In this document: positions 43,162 through 47,477 of the stretch, piece after piece
Position numbering within the stretch: position 1 is the stretch's first letter
Layout of the letters: each line of letters opens with the position of its first letter
NCBI GenBank assembly: GCA_035353595.1
Contig: DAOPZW010000002.1
Location: 1 to 47,477 of the forward strand
Source: Elusimicrobiales bacterium
GTDB taxonomy: Bacteria > Elusimicrobiota > Elusimicrobia > Elusimicrobiales > UBA9959
DNA length: 47,477 nt
Reading direction: 5' to 3'
Made by a program: the position numbers and the translations under genes
The notes under the pieces: generated by a model
Database searches by the model: none
Told to the model about the DNA's origin: nothing
The model's input: the letters and a program-made list of their open reading frames with translations, nothing else

Positions 43162-44181
43162 ATGCTGAATGAGGGGCGCTATAAGCGGCAGGCCGCGCTG
43201 GGCGTGATCGGGCCGGTCGGCCAACGCAAGCTCGCCGGCAGCACCGTGCTGGTGGTAGGGTGCGGGGCCCTGGGCAGCATGCAGGCCGAATTCCTGGCCC
43301 GCGCCGGAGTCGGCCGGCTTATTCTCGCCGACAGGGATATTCTTGAGCTCCACAACCTGCAGTCCCAGCTGCTCTACGACGAGAAAGATGTGGCCGGGCG
43401 GCTGCCCAAAGCCGAGGCCGCGGCGCGGCGCCTGCGCGCGGTTAATTCTTCTATAAAGATCGAGGCCGTGATAACGGATGTTAACGCCGCGAACATCGAA
43501 GAACTGGCGGGGCCGGCGGATATCATCCTCGACGCCAGCGATAATTTCGGGACACGCTACTTATTGAACGACGCCGCGGTCAGGGCCGGCAAGCCCTGGG
43601 TGTACGGCGGCGTACTGGGCAAGGACGGCATGGTGCTGGCGGTGCGCCCCGGCCAGGGGCCCTGCCTGCGCTGTGTGTTTGAAGAACCGCCCGAGGGGCG
43701 CCGGCTGCAGACCTGCGACACACAGGGCGTTCTGAACACCGCCGTGGCCTGGACGGCCGCGCTGCAAGTTACGGAGGCGCTCAAGTTCCTCACCGGCGCG
43801 GCCGCGGAGTCCCGCCTGCATACGCTGGACGTGTGGAGCTGCTCGGCCGGTTCCATCGCCGCGCAGCGGCGCGCCGGCTGCGTTTGCTGCGGCCTGCGCC
43901 GGTTCGAATTTCTCGACGCCGCGCCGGGCGCGGCCCCCACGCTTTTATGCGGCAGGCACGCGGTGCAGCTTGTGGCGCGCGCAAAGCCCGGCCCGGACTT
44001 CGCGCGGCTCAGCGAGAAGCTGGCGCCGCTGGGCGCAGTTACGGCCAACGGGCTGCTGCTGGAATTCACCTGCGGCGCCCACCGCCTGGTGGTCTTCGCC
44101 GACGGCCGGGTGCTGGTAATGGGCACCGCGGACACGGACGAGGCGAAGCGTCTCGCGGAAAAATATATCTGGAACCTGTAA
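43162..44181 (+). CDS. ThiF/MoeB-family E1-like adenylyltransferase (long ~340-aa form with C-terminal extension)
   Basis: RYKRQ..LGVIG..GQRKL, VLVVGCGALGS, ADRD..ELHNLQSQ, and two Cys pairs (CLRC, CVCC). GGAGG SD. Confidence 0.8.
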   Translation: MLNEGRYKRQAALGVIGPVGQRKLAGSTVLVVGCGALGSMQAEFLARAGVGRLILADRDILELHNLQSQLLYDEKDVAGRLPKAEAAARRLRAVNSSIKIEAVITDVNAANIEELAGPADIILDASDNFGTRYLLNDAAVRAGKPWVYGGVLGKDGMVLAVRPGQGPCLRCVFEEPPEGRRLQTCDTQGVLNTAVAWTAALQVTEALKFLTGAAAESRLHTLDVWSCSAGSIAAQRRAGCVCCGLRRFEFLDAAPGAAPTLLCGRHAVQLVARAKPGPDFARLSEKLAPLGAVTANGLLLEFTCGAHRLVVFADGRVLVMGTADTDEAKRLAEKYIWNL

Positions 44182-44191
44182 GGAGTCACGA

Positions 44192-45589
44192 ATGCTGAGC
44201 TTTATCCTTAATCAGACGCTAGTCCGGACGGAAGAACGCCCGGGGCTGACCCTGCTGGAATATATACGCGGCGTCGCCTGCCTGTCGGGCACCAAAGACG
44301 CCTGCCATGAAGGCGAATGCGGCGCCTGCACCGTGCTGGTGGGCTCCCGCCAGGCCGACGGCACCGTGGCCTACAAGGCCTGCGCTTCCTGCCTGCTGCC
44401 CCTCGGCGGCGCGGATGGCTGCCACGTCGTCACCGTGGAAGGTCTGAGCGGGGATAAACTCACCCTCGTGCAGCAGCTCATAGTAGACCATAATGCCTCG
44501 CAGTGCGGTTTCTGCACGCCCGGCATAGTGCTGTCCCTGACCGGCTTCTGCCTGGGCAGCCCGGCGCTGACCTATGAAAAAGCGGTGGACGCGCTGGACG
44601 GTAATATCTGCCGCTGTACCGGCTATGTCTCCATCCGCAGCGCCGCGCGCGCCCTGTGCGAAAAGCTGGCGGCCGCGGCTGCCGCGCCCGGCGGCCGTAC
44701 TGCCGCGCTGACCGCCGCCGGCGTGCTGCCCGCCTGGTTCGCGGAGATCCCCGGCCGCCTGGCGGAGTTGAAGACCGGGCCCGCGCCGGCCGCGAAGGCC
44801 GCGGTGCTGGTTGCCGGCGGTACCGACCTGTTCGTGCAGAAACCTGAACAGTTGCTCGAAAACGAGCTCTGCTTCCTGTCGCAGCGCCGCGACCTGGACT
44901 ATGTCCGCGTGGATGGCGCTGTGCTGCGCGTCGGCGGGGCGGTCACTATCGAAGATTTCCGCAACGCTGAAGCCGTGCGCGAACATTTCCCGGGCCTGAC
45001 CCGGGACCTGCTGCTGCATTCCTCCGCCATCCTGCGCAACAAGGCCACGCTCACCGGCAATATCGTCAACGCCTCGCCCATCGGCGACGCGGCCATCATC
45101 CTGCTGGCGCTGGGCGCGCGGCTGGTCATAGAAGGCTCCGCCGGAGAACGCGAAGTGTCGCTCTCTAAGTTCTTTCTCGGCTATAAGAAAACCGACCTGG
45201 CTTGCGGCGAGCTAGTCCGCGAGATCGTTATCCCGCTGCTGCCTGCCGGCGCCAGCTATCACTTTGAGAAAGTGTCCAACCGGACCACGCTGGATATTGC
45301 GGCGGTAAATACCGCGCTGCGTCTTACAACAGGCAGCGGCGGCGCTATCACCGGCCTGAGCCTGGCCGCCGGCGGCGTGGGGCCCGTTCCTTTGCTGGTG
45401 GGCGGCCTTGAAAGGTTTCATGGCAGCAAGCCGGATTCGGCTACGGCGGACGCCATAGCCAAAGCCGCCGAAGCCGCGGCCAAGCCTATCGACGATATAC
45501 GCGGCCGAGCGGCGTACAAGAAGCTGCTGCTGGGCCAATTGGTGCGCGCCCATTTCCTTGCGTTCGCCGCAGCGGGGGAGGCCGTATGA
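44192..45589 (+). CDS. xdhA: Xanthine dehydrogenase small subunit (2x[2Fe-2S] plus FAD domains)
   Basis: CHEGECGACTV, CGFCTPG, CRCTGY, the FAD site LVAGGTDLFV and the CO-dehydrogenase flavoprotein C-terminal domain. AAGGAG SD. Confidence 0.9.
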   Translation: MLSFILNQTLVRTEERPGLTLLEYIRGVACLSGTKDACHEGECGACTVLVGSRQADGTVAYKACASCLLPLGGADGCHVVTVEGLSGDKLTLVQQLIVDHNASQCGFCTPGIVLSLTGFCLGSPALTYEKAVDALDGNICRCTGYVSIRSAARALCEKLAAAAAAPGGRTAALTAAGVLPAWFAEIPGRLAELKTGPAPAAKAAVLVAGGTDLFVQKPEQLLENELCFLSQRRDLDYVRVDGAVLRVGGAVTIEDFRNAEAVREHFPGLTRDLLLHSSAILRNKATLTGNIVNASPIGDAAIILLALGARLVIEGSAGEREVSLSKFFLGYKKTDLACGELVREIVIPLLPAGASYHFEKVSNRTTLDIAAVNTALRLTTGSGGAITGLSLAAGGVGPVPLLVGGLERFHGSKPDSATADAIAKAAEAAAKPIDDIRGRAAYKKLLLGQLVRAHFLAFAAAGEAV

Positions 45590-47477
45590 AGAACGAAGAC
45601 ATGAACATGCACGTGCGCGGCGCTTCGCGCTTCGTGGACGACATCCCGGTGGCCGAGACCTGCCTGCACGCGGTGCTTTATACTTCGCCCGTGGCCCGCG
45701 GCAAAATAATTTCTTTGGATGTCTCCAGGGCCGCCGCCGCCGAGGGCGTGGCGGCGGTGTACACGCACCGCGACGTGCCCGGCCTTAACCAGGTGGGGCA
45801 TGTGCTGAAAGACCAGCCGCTGCTGGCCATAGACAGCGTGGAATACATCGGCCAGCCCATAGCGCTGGTGGTGGCCGACACGCGGCGCAACGCGCAGCGC
45901 GCGGCTAAACTCATTAACGCCGACATCGAAAAGCTCGAGGCGGTGTTCGACCCGCGCGCGGCGGCCGCCAAAGGGCTGGTGCACGGCGCAAAGCGTGTTC
46001 TCGTGAACGGCGAGCCCGAAGCGGCTTTCAAGAAGTGCAAGTATATCGCTGAGGGGCGGCTTTCCAGCGGCCCGCAGGAGCATTTCTATTTCGAAACCCA
46101 GCGCGCGCTGGCGGTGCCGGGCGAGCACGACACTATCAAGGTGCACGCCAGCGCCCAGTCGCCGGGCACTTTCCACCGCCACATTGCCGAGGTACTGGGC
46201 ATACCCATGCACAAGGTGGAGCTGGACATCAGGCGCCTCGGCGGCGGTTTCGGCGGCAAGGAGTCCACGGCCGTCTGGATAACCGCGCCGGCCATGGCGG
46301 CTTTCCTGCTTAAGCGCCCCGTAAAACTGGTGCTGGGCCGCAACGAGGACATAGCCACTTCCGGCAAGCGCCACGCCTACGAGTACGACTACAAGCTGGG
46401 CCTGGACGCCGACGGCAGGATCATGGCCTACCAGATAGACCTGTTCCAGCATGCCGGCGCCTGCGCTGACATTTCGCTGGCGGTGCTCGGGCGCTCCTTC
46501 CTGCACGTTTCAGGTTCGTACAATATCCCCAATATCCGCGTCACCGGGATAAGCTGCCGCACCAATATTCCGCCCAACAACGCTTTCCGCGGTTTCGGCG
46601 TGCCGCAGGGCACCTTCGCTATAGAAGCCGCGCTCAACCACGCCGCCGAGCTGATGGGCGTGGATGCGGAAACTATCAAGCATAAGAACCTGCTGCGCGA
46701 CGGGGATACTCTGCCCTACGGCGTAAAACTGGAGGCCGTGAACGCCGGTCGCTGCTGGGAGACGCTGGATAAGAAGGTGGACCTGGCCGCCCGCCGCGCC
46801 GCGGCGGAAAAGTATAACCGGACGCATACCGACACCAAGCGCGGCCTAGCCGTAGTGCCGGTCTGCTTCGGCATCTCTTTCGCGCAGATGGCCTTGAACC
46901 AGGCCAGCTCGCTGGTGAATATTTACGTCGACGGCAGCGTTTCGGTGAGCACCGGCGCGGTGGAGATGGGTCAGGGCGTAAACACCAAGATCCGTATAAT
47001 AGCCGCGCGCACGCTGGGCATCCCCGTGGAGAAAGTGCGGGTGGATACCACCAACACCTCCCGCATCCCCAACGCTTCCCCGACGTCGGCCAGTTCCGGC
47101 GCCGACCTGAACGGCATGGCCACCAAAATGGCCTGCGAGAAGCTGCGCGACCGCCTGCGCGAGTTCGCCGCCAAGCATTTGGCTTGCGGCGACCCCGCTT
47201 CTGTAGCCATCCGCGACGGCGACGTATGCGTGGCCGAGAAGCGCTCCGACCTGGGCTGGGACAAGCTTGTGGCCGCCGCGCAGTGGGCGCGCGTGGACTT
47301 GTCCGAACACGCTTTCTACGCAACGCCCAACCTGCATTATGACCTCAAAGCCGAACGCGGCCGGCCCTTCGCTTATTACAGCTACGCCACGTCGCTTACC
47401 GAGGTGCTGCTGGACTGCGTGCGCGGTACCTATACCATCGAGTCCGTGGACGTGGTGCAGGATGTGGGGGAATCCCC
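45586..47477 (+). CDS. xdhB: Xanthine dehydrogenase molybdopterin-binding subunit, 3'-truncated by the window edge
   Basis: Absent from the ORF track because no stop occurs in the window. ATG 45586 overlaps the xdhA stop (ATGA) and has a GGGAGG SD. My translation: MKNEDMNMHVRGASRFVDDIP.., GPQEHFYFETQ, RRLGGGFGGKE, NAFRGFGVPQG, VEMGQGVNTK. The frame is open to the last base. Confidence 0.9.
   Translation, partial: MKNEDMNMHVRGASRFVDDIPVAETCLHAVLYTSPVARGKIISLDVSRAAAAEGVAAVYTHRDVPGLNQVGHVLKDQPLLAIDSVEYIGQPIALVVADTRRNAQRAAKLINADIEKLEAVFDPRAAAAKGLVHGAKRVLVNGEPEAAFKKCKYIAEGRLSSGPQEHFYFETQRALAVPGEHDTIKVHASAQSPGTFHRHIAEVLGIPMHKVELDIRRLGGGFGGKESTAVWITAPAMAAFLLKRPVKLVLGRNEDIATSGKRHAYEYDYKLGLDADGRIMAYQIDLFQHAGACADISLAVLGRSFLHVSGSYNIPNIRVTGISCRTNIPPNNAFRGFGVPQGTFAIEAALNHAAELMGVDAETIKHKNLLRDGDTLPYGVKLEAVNAGRCWETLDKKVDLAARRAAAEKYNRTHTDTKRGLAVVPVCFGISFAQMALNQASSLVNIYVDGSVSVSTGAVEMGQGVNTKIRIIAARTLGIPVEKVRVDTTNTSRIPNASPTSASSGADLNGMATKMACEKLRDRLREFAAKHLACGDPASVAIRDGDVCVAEKRSDLGWDKLVAAAQWARVDLSEHAFYATPNLHYDLKAERGRPFAYYSYATSLTEVLLDCVRGTYTIESVDVVQDVGES

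Noticed and set aside
44192-47477. Selenocysteine recoding (in-frame TGA) in the XDH, flavoprotein or SsnA genes, given the selenium-linked context known for related loci
   Set aside because: All these genes are continuous without in-frame TGA, and no SECIS-like hairpin or selB/selD gene is visible. Any selenium involvement would be as a labile cofactor and cannot be inferred from this window.

Overview
GC-rich bacterial chromosomal segment. Outer-membrane beta-barrel proteins ending in Phe suggest a diderm host; no phylum can be assigned from sequence alone. The window is dominated by purine metabolism.

Gene content:
- All genes from 11852 to the window end lie on the + strand, with several ATGA stop/start overlaps.
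- They encode a nearly complete de novo purine pathway: purE, purC, a tandem-PurS protein, purL, purQ, purF, purD, purM, a fused purN-purH, purB and a short purA.
- Interleaved with these are purine salvage and catabolism genes: an 8-oxoguanine-deaminase-like amidohydrolase, a MocA-like gene, XdhC, a ThiF/MoeB-like E1, XdhA, and XdhB.
- XdhB runs off the 3' edge and is absent from the supplied ORF track.
- A minus-strand unit at 5.3-11.8 kb encodes a Hanks-type kinase, a fused PreT/PreA-like Fe-S flavoprotein and an SsnA-like amidohydrolase.
- Envelope and secreted proteins fill the rest: a 5'-truncated giant Ig-like/SBBP surface protein, a beta-barrel-HEAT protein, a PQQ-like propeller, a FlgO-like/beta-barrel protein and a signal-peptide-bearing TldD/PmbA pair.
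- No rRNA, tRNA, CRISPR array, transposase or integrase was seen.

Most unusual signal (non-genic): a family of modular, nested-palindromic, GC-rich elements of 127-268 bp.
- They sit in five gaps: the four between purC/purS, purQ/purF, purD/purM and purM/purNH, plus the ATP-grasp/xdhC gap further downstream.
- They occur in both orientations, with shuffled internal modules and compensatory differences on paired arms.
- Whether they are MITE/REP-like mobile DNA, structured RNAs or both cannot be decided from this window.

Many long ORFs in the track are antisense artefacts of GC-rich coding DNA and were rejected.
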